Shown here one piece after another: positions 1-10,190 of a stretch of 64,000 bases of DNA. The position numbers and the translations under genes are program-made. Origin of the DNA: Methanocaldococcus sp. 28A. GTDB lineage: Archaea > AGJL01 > Methanococci > Methanococcales > Methanocaldococcaceae. Below the pieces are notes generated by a model. That model made no database searches. It had not been told where the DNA came from and saw only the letters and a list, made by a program, of their open reading frames with translations. Within the stretch, counting starts at the first letter, position 1. Every line of letters starts with the position of its first letter. The stretch lies in the NCBI GenBank assembly GCA_049852185.1, contig CP187540.1; one strand, written 5' to 3'.

Positions 1-339
1 GCAATTAGGAACTCTGGCCAACCATTTGATTACCCAGTTAAAAGTGATACTATAGGTACTCTCTACCCTAACCAAACAGGTACTGGAGTTATAGTTATAG
101 ACGTTGATAAATCTGCCAAACCAAAACCATATATAATAACTCTTGAAATAAGATGTGCAGGAGATAGTGATGAAGGGGATTACAACGTCTATGTCTATCA
201 AGAGCCGTTAAAGGTTGTAGTAGTTAATAATTCAAATTCAGAAAGTTTTTGGATATTAATTGGAATAATAGCAGTTATTGCCATTGTATTAGCTGTAAGA
301 TATGCATTTAAAAGAAAAAATAATAAAGATAAAGAATAA
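1..339 (+). CDS. 3' part of S-layer-domain (COG1361-like) membrane-anchored protein, truncated by window edge
   Basis: Frame 1 is open from base 1 (AIRNSGQPFDYPVKSDTIGTLYPNQTG...), followed by a hydrophobic helix and basic tail (FWILIGIIAVIAIVLAVRYAFKRKNNKDKE), TAA at 337-339; T-tracts follow. Confidence 0.7.
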   Translation, partial: AIRNSGQPFDYPVKSDTIGTLYPNQTGTGVIVIDVDKSAKPKPYIITLEIRCAGDSDEGDYNVYVYQEPLKVVVVNNSNSESFWILIGIIAVIAIVLAVRYAFKRKNNKDKE

Positions 340-400
340 TATATTCTTCTTTTTTTAAATTTTCATTTTTAATTTTTTATTTTAATGTTTAGGTGGTTTT

Positions 401-1561
401 ATGGGAAAATTAGAGAAAAATGTGTTTGTTATCTGGATTACTACCTTTACAACAATGCTTGGTGTTGGTTTTATAGCTCCAATTATGGCAATATATGCCC
501 AAACATTGGGAGCTACAAATTTACAAATTGGTTTAATATTTGGTTCATTTGCATTAGCGAGAACAGTAGCTCAAATTCCTGTTGGTGTTTTATCTGATAT
601 ATATGGAAAGAAGTTTTTTATTGTTTGTGGGACATTTTTTTATGGAGTTTTTACCTTGATGTATAATTTTGTTAGTACAGTTTTAGGTCTTTTAATTGTA
701 AGGACTTTCACAGGAATTTTTTCAGCATTTGTAACGCCAGTAGCAGGTTCTTATATAGCAGCAATAGCTCCAAAAACAAGATTAGGAGAATATATGGGAA
801 TCTTTAATTCTGCAATTACATTAGGTTTTGGAGTAGGTCCTTTTATAGGAGGTTTTCTTGCAGATATATATGGAATTAAAACGCCATTTTACTTTTGTGG
901 TTTTTTAGGGATTTTGGCGGCAATTATAAGTTATATGAAATTAGAAGATATTGTTTTTAATGAAAATACAAAAAATAGGAATATTAAAAATATATCTAAT
1001 TTATTTTCATTTGAATTTTTAAAAAATAGAAACTTTTTAGCTTCTTTTATTATTAACACATCAAATGTAATGATAAATGCAGGAATTTTTGCTTATTTGG
1101 CATTGTATGCAACTAACTATGATATAACTTTAACTCAAGTAGGAGCTATGATTGCATCTACAAATATCTTAATGGCGTTGCTTCAAAGAACATTTGGAAA
1201 GCTTTATGATAAATTTGGAAATGTGATGATAATTATAGGAATTTTTATAATATCATTTGGAATGTATTTACTTTCAATCTCAACTACTTTTTTGAGTATG
1301 ATAATTTCTTTAATAATTGTAGCAGTTGGTAGCTCAATTTCCTCCACTGCAACAACATCTCTCGCAGTTAAAGACATTCCAACACATAGAAAAGGAGAAG
1401 CTATGGGACTATTTACTACAAGTATAAACATTGGTATGTTTATTGGTGCAGTATCGTTTGGATTTTTGGCAGATATTTTGGGGATAGCAAATATGTATAA
1501 ATTTTCATCAATATTTTCAATTATTGTTGGAATTATAAGCTATTTAAGAATAGTGAGATAA
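401..1561 (+). CDS. MFS transporter (DHA1/NorA-like)
   Basis: About 12 hydrophobic segments; MFS motif A (GVLSDIYGKK), repeated as GKLYDKFG. Confidence 0.9.
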   Translation: MGKLEKNVFVIWITTFTTMLGVGFIAPIMAIYAQTLGATNLQIGLIFGSFALARTVAQIPVGVLSDIYGKKFFIVCGTFFYGVFTLMYNFVSTVLGLLIVRTFTGIFSAFVTPVAGSYIAAIAPKTRLGEYMGIFNSAITLGFGVGPFIGGFLADIYGIKTPFYFCGFLGILAAIISYMKLEDIVFNENTKNRNIKNISNLFSFEFLKNRNFLASFIINTSNVMINAGIFAYLALYATNYDITLTQVGAMIASTNILMALLQRTFGKLYDKFGNVMIIIGIFIISFGMYLLSISTTFLSMIISLIIVAVGSSISSTATTSLAVKDIPTHRKGEAMGLFTTSINIGMFIGAVSFGFLADILGIANMYKFSSIFSIIVGIISYLRIVR

Positions 1562-1566
1562 TTATT

Positions 1567-1668
1567 TCAATTCAAATTCAGCACTTTATTTAATATTTTC
1601 TTAAACAATTCATCCCTATTTTCAACAGTTAAGGTATATCTTTTTTTATTCTTATATCTAAAATATAT
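1567..1668 (-). pseudogene. C-terminal stub of a THEP1/COG1618-type NTPase
   Basis: Minus strand reads ...RYTLTVENRDELFKKILNKVLNLN*, resembling the L(T)xENR(D/E) C-terminus of archaeal THEP1 NTPases; in-frame stop upstream and no start. Confidence 0.45.
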
Positions 1669-1687
1669 CTATTTAGTTTGTATAACT

Positions 1688-1823
1688 GCTCACCGTTCTA
1701 GAGGAGTGGGACGGAGCCGTTCTGGTTATCTGCTACTTTTGAAACAAATGAAACAATTGTAGAGGATAACCTTCCAGTTTCCTATCTTCATCGGCTAGCT
1801 ATTGGAGGAAACGGGAACTTCCC
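1688..1823 (-). ncRNA. GC-rich structured element, HgcC-like / tnpB 3'-end (omegaRNA-like) remnant
   Basis: GC-rich island in AT-rich DNA; stems TTCC-GTTTCCT/AGGAAAC-GGAA, GGTTATC/GATAACC and CCGT/ACGG; AGAACGG twice on minus strand; strand uncertain. Confidence 0.55.
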
Positions 1824-1882
1824 ATGGTTAAATTATTGTTATGTAGTTAAGTAGTTAATAATTACTATTCGAGTTAAAGAAT

Positions 1883-1996
1883 TATAGTTGCGTGCAAAAC
1901 TATTTTAATTAAAATAAGGTATTAAAGAATGCCTTCCTTAAAGAAGGCAGTCAAATTATCCTTTTTAAAGTTTATTTCATTTTGCACACAACTATA
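1883..1996. mobile_element. MITE family A, copy 1 (114 bp)
   Basis: Terminal inverted repeats (TIRs) TATAGTTGCGTGCAAAA / TTTTGCACACAACTATA; central hairpin TGCCTTC-CTTAAA-GAAGGCA; inverted copy of the same length at 56840-56953. Confidence 0.85.
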
Positions 1997-2184
1997 AACT
2001 GTTACTATAAATATAAAAATAATGATGCATATTCTTTTATTTACAAATGAATCAAATTTCCAGTTCTTAAATCTCGATTATAAAAAATTATATACTTTAT
2101 GACCAAACTCCACCCACCAAATAGAAAAATTTATATGTGCTTTCTATAATGTATGAATATCAAAATTAGAAGATTGGTGATATC

Positions 2185-3468
2185 ATGGATATTGTGTTGT
2201 TCCTTGGATATCTGTCCATTCTTTTTGCTGGAGGTGCTATAATAGCAAAAATTGCTAAAAAGATAGATATTCCTGATATACCTCTATTATTAATATTTGG
2301 GCTTATATTATCTGCTTTAAATATTATTCCAAAAAATATTGTTGCAAGTTCTTTTGATTTTATTGGAAACTTTGGGTTAATAATTTTATTGTTCATAGGT
2401 TCTTTTGAAATGGAATGGAACGTTATGAAGAGAGTATTAGATGTTATTTTAAAACTTGATATATTAGCGTTATTAATAGTTTGGTTTATATCAGGAATCG
2501 TATTTAACTTCGTCTTTCACCTTCCAATATTGTCATTAATAGGTTTGTTATTTGGAGCTATTGTCTCTGCTACTGACCCAGCTACTCTAATCCCAATATT
2601 TTCTAAAATGGATATAAATCCTGAAGTAGCAATAACATTAGAGGCAGAAAGTGTATTTAACGACCCATTAGGAATCGTTGTAACGTTAATATGTTTATCA
2701 GCTCTTGGTTTGGCAAAAGCTGAGAATCCAATCCTCGAGTTTGTTTCATTAGCTGTTGGAGGAATTATTCTTGGATTAATTGCAGGTAAGTTTTATGAAA
2801 CTATTATATCAAAAATTAAGTTTGAAGATTATATTGCTCCATTTACATTAGGTTTGGCTATTGCTTTTTGGTATTTTGCTCAGGGTATTTTTCCATCAAT
2901 AACGGGCTATGAAATTAGTGGATTTATGGCTGTGGCTATCATGGGTCTATACATTGGAAATGTTATAGTCCATAAAAAAGAACATAAAGAAGATATGGAA
3001 AAAGTTGCTATATTTTTCGATGAATTATCAATATTTATTAGAATATTAATTTTTATATTATTGGGGGCAAGTATCTCAATACCTCTATTAGAAAAATACG
3101 CTGTTCCAGCGTTTATATGTGCATTAGGTTCTATACTTTTAGCAAGACCTATTGGGGTTTTAATAGCTACAGCTATCCCACCTATTAGACCACTTGCTGA
3201 AAGAATTTATATAGCTTTAGAAGGGCCAAGAGGTGTAGTTCCAGCAACATTATCAGCAATGGTATATACCGAAATTATGAAACATCCAGATATTGTCCCA
3301 AAAAGTGTAGCAAGTTTGATGCCTCCAGCAGAATTAGCTGGAACTATACTAGTAGCAACCTTTATGACAATAATAGTTAGTGTTATTTTAGAAGCTTCAT
3401 GGGCAAAACCATTAGCAAATATATTGTTGAAAAGTAAGACATCAAATAAGACCTCAACGTCCTCATAA
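2185..3468 (+). CDS. nhaP: Na+(K+)/H+ antiporter, CPA1/NhaP family
   Basis: Multi-pass membrane protein with SATDPA, ESVFNDP and GPRGVVPA motifs. Confidence 0.9.
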   Translation: MDIVLFLGYLSILFAGGAIIAKIAKKIDIPDIPLLLIFGLILSALNIIPKNIVASSFDFIGNFGLIILLFIGSFEMEWNVMKRVLDVILKLDILALLIVWFISGIVFNFVFHLPILSLIGLLFGAIVSATDPATLIPIFSKMDINPEVAITLEAESVFNDPLGIVVTLICLSALGLAKAENPILEFVSLAVGGIILGLIAGKFYETIISKIKFEDYIAPFTLGLAIAFWYFAQGIFPSITGYEISGFMAVAIMGLYIGNVIVHKKEHKEDMEKVAIFFDELSIFIRILIFILLGASISIPLLEKYAVPAFICALGSILLARPIGVLIATAIPPIRPLAERIYIALEGPRGVVPATLSAMVYTEIMKHPDIVPKSVASLMPPAELAGTILVATFMTIIVSVILEASWAKPLANILLKSKTSNKTSTSS

Positions 3469-3621
3469 TATTAAATTATATTAAATTATTTATTATTTTT
3501 TATTTAAAACATATTAGTAGTGTCACTTAAAAAAGTAAATATAAACCAGTGAAAAAATATAAAATTATTTAAAAAATTCTCAATTTTTAACATAAAATTT
3601 TTCATTATAATATGTGAAACT

Positions 3622-4251
3622 ATGATTTATATAGTTGGAGTTGGTCCAGGAGATAAAGATTATCTAACACTAAAAGCAATAAAAATCATTGAAAATGCTG
3701 ATTTAGTTGTTGGCAGTAAAAGAGCTTTAAAATTGTTTAATATAGATGAAAAGAAAATAATTCTAACAAAAAATTTAATTAATGAATTAAAAGAAATAAT
3801 AAACAATGAAGATATAGAAAACAAAAAAATTGTTATACTATCAACAGGAGACCCATGTTTTAGTGGTTTATTAAAAACACTATTAAAGATTGGTGCTAAA
3901 AAAGAAGATATTGAAGTTATCTCTGGAATTTCATCTATACAAATAGCAGCAGCAAAATTAAAAATCTCATGGGAAGATTATAATATAGTAACCCTCCATG
4001 GAAAAGAAGAAAATAAGGAAAAACTTTTAAATTTAATAAAAAATCATAAGAAAGTTATATTCTTACCAAACAATTTAAAGGAAGATGCAAAGTTTTTGAT
4101 AGATAATGGTGTAAATCCAAATACGAAAATTTGGGTGCTTGAAAATCTAACATATCCTAATGAGAAAATTAGCTTAAAATCTTTAATGGATATTGTTAAA
4201 GAAAATTTTTCTTACTTAACCGTCTGTGTTTATGAGGGAAACAATGATTAG
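3622..4251 (+). CDS. cbiE: Cobalt-precorrin-7 C5-methyltransferase
   Basis: IVGVGPG, STGDPCFSG, GISSIQIAAA and LENLTYPNE motifs. Confidence 0.9.
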   Translation: MIYIVGVGPGDKDYLTLKAIKIIENADLVVGSKRALKLFNIDEKKIILTKNLINELKEIINNEDIENKKIVILSTGDPCFSGLLKTLLKIGAKKEDIEVISGISSIQIAAAKLKISWEDYNIVTLHGKEENKEKLLNLIKNHKKVIFLPNNLKEDAKFLIDNGVNPNTKIWVLENLTYPNEKISLKSLMDIVKENFSYLTVCVYEGNND

Positions 4252-4618
4252 AGAGCTACTATTAATAGGGATTGGAGGATTTTTTGGGGCTATTTTTAGA
4301 TATTTAATTAGCGGAATTGTCCCAGTAAAATTTGGATTGCCTACTGGAACATTGATAGTTAATTTAATAGGTAGTTTTATCTTAGGATTTTTGATGTATA
4401 GCTCTCTACTAACTTCAATACCAAGTGAATATAAATTGCTTATTGGAACTGGCTTTTGTGGAGCTTTAACTACATTTTCAACATTTTCTTATGAAACCTT
4501 TGCCTTAGTTGATGAAGGACTATTATTTAAAGCTCTGCTAAATATATTACTAAATATAATTGGCTGTTTAATTATGGTTTATCTTGGTAGAATTGTAGTT
4601 TTAGCCATATTTAGATAG
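4244..4618 (+). CDS. crcB: Fluoride channel CrcB/Fluc
   Basis: GGFFGAIFRY, GTLIVN and GFCGALTTFSTF signatures; ATG at 4244 preferred. Confidence 0.95.
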   Translation: MIRELLLIGIGGFFGAIFRYLISGIVPVKFGLPTGTLIVNLIGSFILGFLMYSSLLTSIPSEYKLLIGTGFCGALTTFSTFSYETFALVDEGLLFKALLNILLNIIGCLIMVYLGRIVVLAIFR

Positions 4619-4620
4619 AG

Positions 4621-4956
4621 GTGAAATATATGATAAAAGTAAAAATTTTGAAAATTTATTCAAGAGAAGGAGATAAATTTAAAGGGGAGCTAATGTATAA
4701 ATATATAGTTAAAATGCTGAAAAGGGAGGGAATTAGTGGAGCTACCGTTTATAAGGGAATATGCGGTTATGGGGTTAGAGGAATAGCTGAAGTAGATATA
4801 TTTAGATTGTCCATAAACCTTCCAGTAATTATTGAATGCATTGATATTGAAGAAAATATAAATAAGGTATTGCCTAAATTACATGAAATTATCAAAGATA
4901 ATGGGTTGATAGTAATAACTGATGGCTATGTGTATAAAGGTGAAAATCATGAGTAA
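4621..4956 (+). CDS. DUF190 (PII-like) protein
   Basis: GISGATVYKGICGYG and LSINLPVIIECID; usual crcB neighbour. Confidence 0.85.
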   Translation: MKYMIKVKILKIYSREGDKFKGELMYKYIVKMLKREGISGATVYKGICGYGVRGIAEVDIFRLSINLPVIIECIDIEENINKVLPKLHEIIKDNGLIVITDGYVYKGENHE

Positions 4957-7729
4957 AGTATTAGAAAAAATAAATAATTTCTTTAAAGAAAAGAGCTGGA
5001 TAAAAATCTTTTTAATTGTATTAATGTTAATGTTTCTAAGTTTCCAGCTGAGAGCTCAAACAGCTGATATGAAATTTGCTCAAGATAATGAGTTTTTAAA
5101 AAAGATGTTTTCAGATGAACATGGAAGGATGTATCTTTTAGGGTTAGACCCTTACCACTACTTAAGATTTTCTGAAAACCTTTACAATCATGGATATTGT
5201 GGGGATACACTAAAAGTTATTGATGGAAAAGTAGTGCCTTATGATTTATACCAATATGCACCTCCAGGACATCCTATAAGTTGGGAACCTCCTATAATTT
5301 GTTTAGCAACATTAGCAATCTATTTCATATGGCATTCAATTGATTCAACTGTAACAATTATGAACGCTGCTTTCTGGGTTCCTGCAGTTTTAGGAATGCT
5401 TTTAGGAATTCCAATTTATTTCATAGTTAGGAGGGTTACAAATAGTAATATTGGAGGAATTGTTGGAGCTATAGCTCTAATATCTGCTCCTGGTTTGTTA
5501 TACAAAACATCAGCAGGTTTTGCTGACACTCCAATATTTGAAATTTTACCTATACTCTTCATAGTGTGGTTTATCCTTGAAGCTATACACAGTCAAGAAA
5601 AAACAGCCTTATTTAAAAAAGACATTAAAAATCCAGTCTCATTATTTGTAATTATTGCATTAATTACTGAACTAATAATTGGAGCTTATCTAAATATTGC
5701 ATCAGGAGAAAGTGTAGTTATTGCTTCAATATTATTCTACACTATCTCAATATTAATCATATTAGTTGGTTTAGTAATAGCAGGAATTAAGAAATTAAAA
5801 GGTAATGACGTAGAGTTTGAATTATTTGCTTTATTGGCAGTAATCTTAACAGTTGTAGCTCCAAAAATGTGGGGTGCATGGTGGTATGGATTTGATATAA
5901 TAACAGCTTTCTTAATAATTTATATAATTGCATTGGCATTACTAAAATCACAAGTAAAAATAAAAGATTTTGTTTTAATTGGAAACTTTAAGAATGTTAT
6001 AAATTTAGCTGTCTTTTACATAATTGTGGTATTTATATTATTAACAGCCATATATGGAATAGGAATGGCATTATCTCCAATAACTAATCCAGTAGGGATT
6101 AATAAAATACTTTCTACCTATACTCTATCCACGGGTTGGCCTAATGTATATACAACTGTTGCAGAACTTGAAAAACCAAAGTCATTTACTGAGATATTTA
6201 TAAATGCTATTGGTTCAGACATTATGGCAATTTTAGGGATATTTGGAATAATATTATCATTTATTTCATTGAGATATAATAAAATAAAGTTTGATGTAAA
6301 ATATGCTATACTATTGGCAATTTGGTTATCAGTAACATTATATGCAGCTACAAAAGGGATTAGATTTGCATCTTTGGCTACACCTCCATTAGCTATTGGT
6401 TTAGGAATTCTTATTGGACAATTAGATAGATTATTAAAGATGAAAAATGACATAGTAATATTTGGATTAGGAATACCAATAGGAATATTTGGATTATTAG
6501 TAATTTCAAAATATGCTACAAAAATTTCTGAAATATTATTGCCAACAACCTATGTCCCTCCAATAGCTTACGGATTTTTAATTGTCTTAGCATTATTGGC
6601 TATTTATAAAATCTCAGATATCGTTACAGTAATAAATGATAAAAAAGAGACTATAATAAAGCTTTCTGCAGTATTGCTTTGTATTGGTGTAGTAATTCCT
6701 CCACTATCTGCAGTAATTCCATTTACAGCCGTCCCAACATTTAACAATGGTTGGAAATCAGGTTTAGATTGGATAAAGGCTAATGCACCAAAAAATGCAG
6801 TTATAACCTGCTGGTGGGATAACGGGTATATCTATTCATATGAAGCAAGAAGAATGGTAACATTTGATGGTGGGTGTCAAAATACCCCAAGAGCCTACTG
6901 GGTAGGTAGGGCTTTTGCCACATCAAACGAAAACTTGTCTATTGGAATAATTAGGATGTTGGCGACAAGTGGTGATGAGGCATTTAAAAAGGGAAGTGTC
7001 TTAATGAACTTTACACATAACAATGTCTCAAAGACCGTTGAGATATTAAATGAAATTCTTCCAGTAAGTAGAAGTAAGGCTTATGAAATATTAACTAAGA
7101 AATATGGCTTAACTCCTAAGGAAGCAAAATTAGTTTTAAATGCTACCCATCCAGAGCATCCAAATCCAGATTATTTAATAACCTACAACAGAATGACAGA
7201 TATTGCTCCAGTTTGGAGTATGTTTGGATTCTGGAACTTCTCTCTACCTCCAAACACTCCTGATACTAAGAGAGAGAAAGGAGCATTTTATAAAGGAATA
7301 GCGCTATACTTAGGAAATGGAACATTAGTTGCAAATGTAAATGTTTATGGATATAGCTATGTTACATTAATAAACAGAACAAATATTTCTACAGCAATAG
7401 TTCAAAAAATAAATGGACAGACAAGAATTATTGGAACATTTAAGATACATAAGTTGTATATTAAAACACCTTTAGGTGTTAAAGAAATTGTATTAAATAA
7501 AGATGGGCAGTTATCAGAGTTTATTAGAATAGAAGCAGATGGAAGAGGTTGGGCATGGTTATCAACAAGAAACTTAGAAGATAGTATATACGCTAAATTG
7601 CATTTCTTAGATGGATATGGGTTAAAGCATATAAAATTGGTTAAAGCAACAATAGACCCAACAGACTTTGGCGTTCAGCCAGGATTTAAAATATATGAAG
7701 TTGATTATGGAACTGACTATCTAAACTAA
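4949..7729 (+). CDS. aglB: Oligosaccharyltransferase AglB (STT3)
   Basis: LDPYHYLR, GFADT, TVAEL and WWDNG motifs; ATG 4949 follows GGTGA. Confidence 0.95.
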   Translation: MSKVLEKINNFFKEKSWIKIFLIVLMLMFLSFQLRAQTADMKFAQDNEFLKKMFSDEHGRMYLLGLDPYHYLRFSENLYNHGYCGDTLKVIDGKVVPYDLYQYAPPGHPISWEPPIICLATLAIYFIWHSIDSTVTIMNAAFWVPAVLGMLLGIPIYFIVRRVTNSNIGGIVGAIALISAPGLLYKTSAGFADTPIFEILPILFIVWFILEAIHSQEKTALFKKDIKNPVSLFVIIALITELIIGAYLNIASGESVVIASILFYTISILIILVGLVIAGIKKLKGNDVEFELFALLAVILTVVAPKMWGAWWYGFDIITAFLIIYIIALALLKSQVKIKDFVLIGNFKNVINLAVFYIIVVFILLTAIYGIGMALSPITNPVGINKILSTYTLSTGWPNVYTTVAELEKPKSFTEIFINAIGSDIMAILGIFGIILSFISLRYNKIKFDVKYAILLAIWLSVTLYAATKGIRFASLATPPLAIGLGILIGQLDRLLKMKNDIVIFGLGIPIGIFGLLVISKYATKISEILLPTTYVPPIAYGFLIVLALLAIYKISDIVTVINDKKETIIKLSAVLLCIGVVIPPLSAVIPFTAVPTFNNGWKSGLDWIKANAPKNAVITCWWDNGYIYSYEARRMVTFDGGCQNTPRAYWVGRAFATSNENLSIGIIRMLATSGDEAFKKGSVLMNFTHNNVSKTVEILNEILPVSRSKAYEILTKKYGLTPKEAKLVLNATHPEHPNPDYLITYNRMTDIAPVWSMFGFWNFSLPPNTPDTKREKGAFYKGIALYLGNGTLVANVNVYGYSYVTLINRTNISTAIVQKINGQTRIIGTFKIHKLYIKTPLGVKEIVLNKDGQLSEFIRIEADGRGWAWLSTRNLEDSIYAKLHFLDGYGLKHIKLVKATIDPTDFGVQPGFKIYEVDYGTDYLN

Positions 7730-7795
7730 AACTTTTTTATTTTTTAAAATGATAGTTAAAATATTATAAATTAAAGATTAAAAAAGGGATTTTTT

Positions 7796-8926
7796 ATGTT
7801 TCTATTAGACCCATTTTCTGGAATTAGTGGAGATATGTTTTTAGCAGCTATGATTGATTTTGTTAATAAAGAAAAGCTTATAAATACAATTAAAAAAGTT
7901 ATTGATGTTGATATTGAGATAAAAAGAGTTAAGAAATGTCATATAATTGCAAATAAGGTTAATATAATTCCAAAGTATAATGTTGATTATAAAGCAAATA
8001 CTTACAAAGATATTAAAAAAATTATTAAAAAAGCTGAGATTCCAAAAAATATTAAAATCTCTGCTTTAGAAATTTTAAAGATATTGACTGAGGCAGAAAG
8101 CAAAGTTCATAATGTAGATATTGAGGATGTTCATTTTCATGAAATTGGGAATTATGATACAATAGCTGATATTGTTGGAGCGGCATATATTATAAATGAA
8201 TTAAATTTAAAAAATAACTGTTTTTATAAACCAATAAATGTTGGAGGGGGTTTTGTAAAGACATCTCATGGAATAATGCCAGTTCCAGCACCAGCAACAG
8301 CTGAGATATTAAAAGGGCTTGAGATATTTTTTTCAAACATTGAGGAGGAGCTTACAACACCAACTGGAGCGGCTATCATTAAATATATAAATCCAAAACT
8401 GATTAAAGGAAGTTTTACAATAAAGGAAGTTTCTTATGGAGCAGGAGATAAAGATTTGGAGATATTGAATGTTTTGAGAGTATTTAAAATTGAAAATATC
8501 AAATTGGAAGATATTGTTTTATTGGAAACAAATGTTGATGACATTTCAGCAGAGATATTAGGTTATTTATATGAAGTTTTAGATGGAAAAGTTAGAGATT
8601 TACATTTTATTCCAACGTATATGAAAAAGAATAGACCTGCATATACAATAAGGGCAATCGTTAAAAGAGATAAAGTTAAAGAGGTAGCTAAGATTATAAT
8701 GAGAGAAACAGGGACTTTGGGAATTAGAGTTTATGATATAGGAAGAATAACCGCAGATAGAGAATTTGAAACTATAAAATTGTTTAATGAGCCTATTAAA
8801 ATAAAAATTGGAAAAATAGATGATGAAATAATATCAAAAAAAGCAGAATTTGAAGATTTAAAAAAGATAGCTAAAAAATATAAAATTCCATTGAAAGAGC
8901 TGTACTATTTTATTTTAAAAAACTAA
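7796..8926 (+). CDS. larC: Nickel pincer cofactor biosynthesis protein LarC
   Basis: GISGDM, VHFHEIG, PVPAPAT, TTPTGAA, LETNVDD and MKKNRP motifs. Confidence 0.92.
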   Translation: MFLLDPFSGISGDMFLAAMIDFVNKEKLINTIKKVIDVDIEIKRVKKCHIIANKVNIIPKYNVDYKANTYKDIKKIIKKAEIPKNIKISALEILKILTEAESKVHNVDIEDVHFHEIGNYDTIADIVGAAYIINELNLKNNCFYKPINVGGGFVKTSHGIMPVPAPATAEILKGLEIFFSNIEEELTTPTGAAIIKYINPKLIKGSFTIKEVSYGAGDKDLEILNVLRVFKIENIKLEDIVLLETNVDDISAEILGYLYEVLDGKVRDLHFIPTYMKKNRPAYTIRAIVKRDKVKEVAKIIMRETGTLGIRVYDIGRITADREFETIKLFNEPIKIKIGKIDDEIISKKAEFEDLKKIAKKYKIPLKELYYFILKN

Positions 8927-8970
8927 ATTTTTAAAATTTTTTATATTTAAAATTTAAAAATAGGGATATT

Positions 8971-9507
8971 ATGGTTGTTGAAGTTTTAAGATTAGGGCAT
9001 AGGGGAGAGAGAGATATGAGGATATCAACACATGTTGCTTTAACAGCAAGGGCATTAGGAGCTGAGAAGATAATATTCACAACTGAAGATGAACATGTTG
9101 AAAATAGTGTTAAAAAAGTTGTGGAAAGTTGGGGAGGTAATTTTAAGTTTGTTGTTGAGAAACATTGGAAAAAATACATTAGAGAATTTAAAAAAAGAGG
9201 TATTGTAGTTCATTTAACAATGTATGGTGCTAATATAAATGAGATAATGCCAGAGATTAGAGAATTGAGTAGAGAGAAGGATATATTGGTTATTGTTGGA
9301 GCTGAAAAAGTGCCAAAGGAAGTGTATGAATTGGCAGATTACAACATTTCTGTTGGAAATCAGCCACATTCTGAGGTTGCAGCTTTAGCAATCTTTTTAG
9401 ATAGGTTGTTTGAAGGTAAAACCCTCTATAGAGAGTTTGAAAATGCAAAAATAAAAATAGTCCCATCAAATCATGGAAAAGTAGTTATAAGAGAAAAACA
9501 AAATTAA
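8971..9507 (+). CDS. trm56: tRNA (cytidine(56)-2'-O)-methyltransferase
   Basis: [32 protein letters not shown] and [11 protein letters not shown]. Confidence 0.95.
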   Translation: MVVEVLRLGHRGERDMRISTHVALTARALGAEKIIFTTEDEHVENSVKKVVESWGGNFKFVVEKHWKKYIREFKKRGIVVHLTMYGANINEIMPEIRELSREKDILVIVGAEKVPKEVYELADYNISVGNQPHSEVAALAIFLDRLFEGKTLYREFENAKIKIVPSNHGKVVIREKQN

Positions 9508-9529
9508 ATAATATTAAATCATAACTGGA

Positions 9530-10123
9530 GTGATAACCATGGAAGTCTTACTACCTGAGATAGAGGAAATAAAGTTAGAGGATGTTTTATTAAAGAGGAG
9601 GTCCGTAAGGGAATATATCTCCTCTCCTTTAACTTTAAGGGAGCTATCTCATATTTTATTTGCCGCTTATGGAGTAACTAATGAAGAAGGCTTTAAAACT
9701 GTTCCCTCTGCTGGAGCAACTTATCCATTAGAGATTTATGTTAATGTGAAGGATGTTGTTGGTTTAGAGGAAGGGGTTTATAAATACATTCCTGAGAGAC
9801 ATTCAATTGTTAGAGTTTTAGATGAAGAAGTAGGATATGAATTAGCGTTAGCATCATTAAAGCAGATGTTTATTGCTGTAGCTCCAATAGTTTTAATTAT
9901 AACTGCTAATTATGAAAGAACAACAAGGGTTTATGGGGATAGGGGCTTTAGATATGTCTATATGGAAGTTGGATGTGTCTCTCAGAATATTTATTTAATG
10001 GCTACCTCTTTGGGATTGGGAACTGTGGCTGTTGGGGCATTTTATGATAATGAAATAAAAGAAATTTTAAAGATAGATGAGTATCCTCTATTGTTAATGC
10101 CAGTTGGTAGAAAGATAGATTAA
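9530..10123 (+). CDS. SagB/ThcOx-family nitroreductase
   Basis: RRSVREY, PSAGATYPLE and LGLGTVAVGAF; start may be ATG 9539. Confidence 0.88.
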   Translation: MITMEVLLPEIEEIKLEDVLLKRRSVREYISSPLTLRELSHILFAAYGVTNEEGFKTVPSAGATYPLEIYVNVKDVVGLEEGVYKYIPERHSIVRVLDEEVGYELALASLKQMFIAVAPIVLIITANYERTTRVYGDRGFRYVYMEVGCVSQNIYLMATSLGLGTVAVGAFYDNEIKEILKIDEYPLLLMPVGRKID

Positions 10124-10190
10124 TATAATTATATCGCTGGCATCATTGTATATTATATTTGTTTTTAGTTTAATTAATTGAGGTGAGAGT

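Noticed and set aside
1688-1823. Fluoride riboswitch for the downstream crcB cluster
   Set aside because: Lacks the GGCGATG...GCTGATG consensus, is separated from nhaP by a MITE and lies 2.4 kb from crcB
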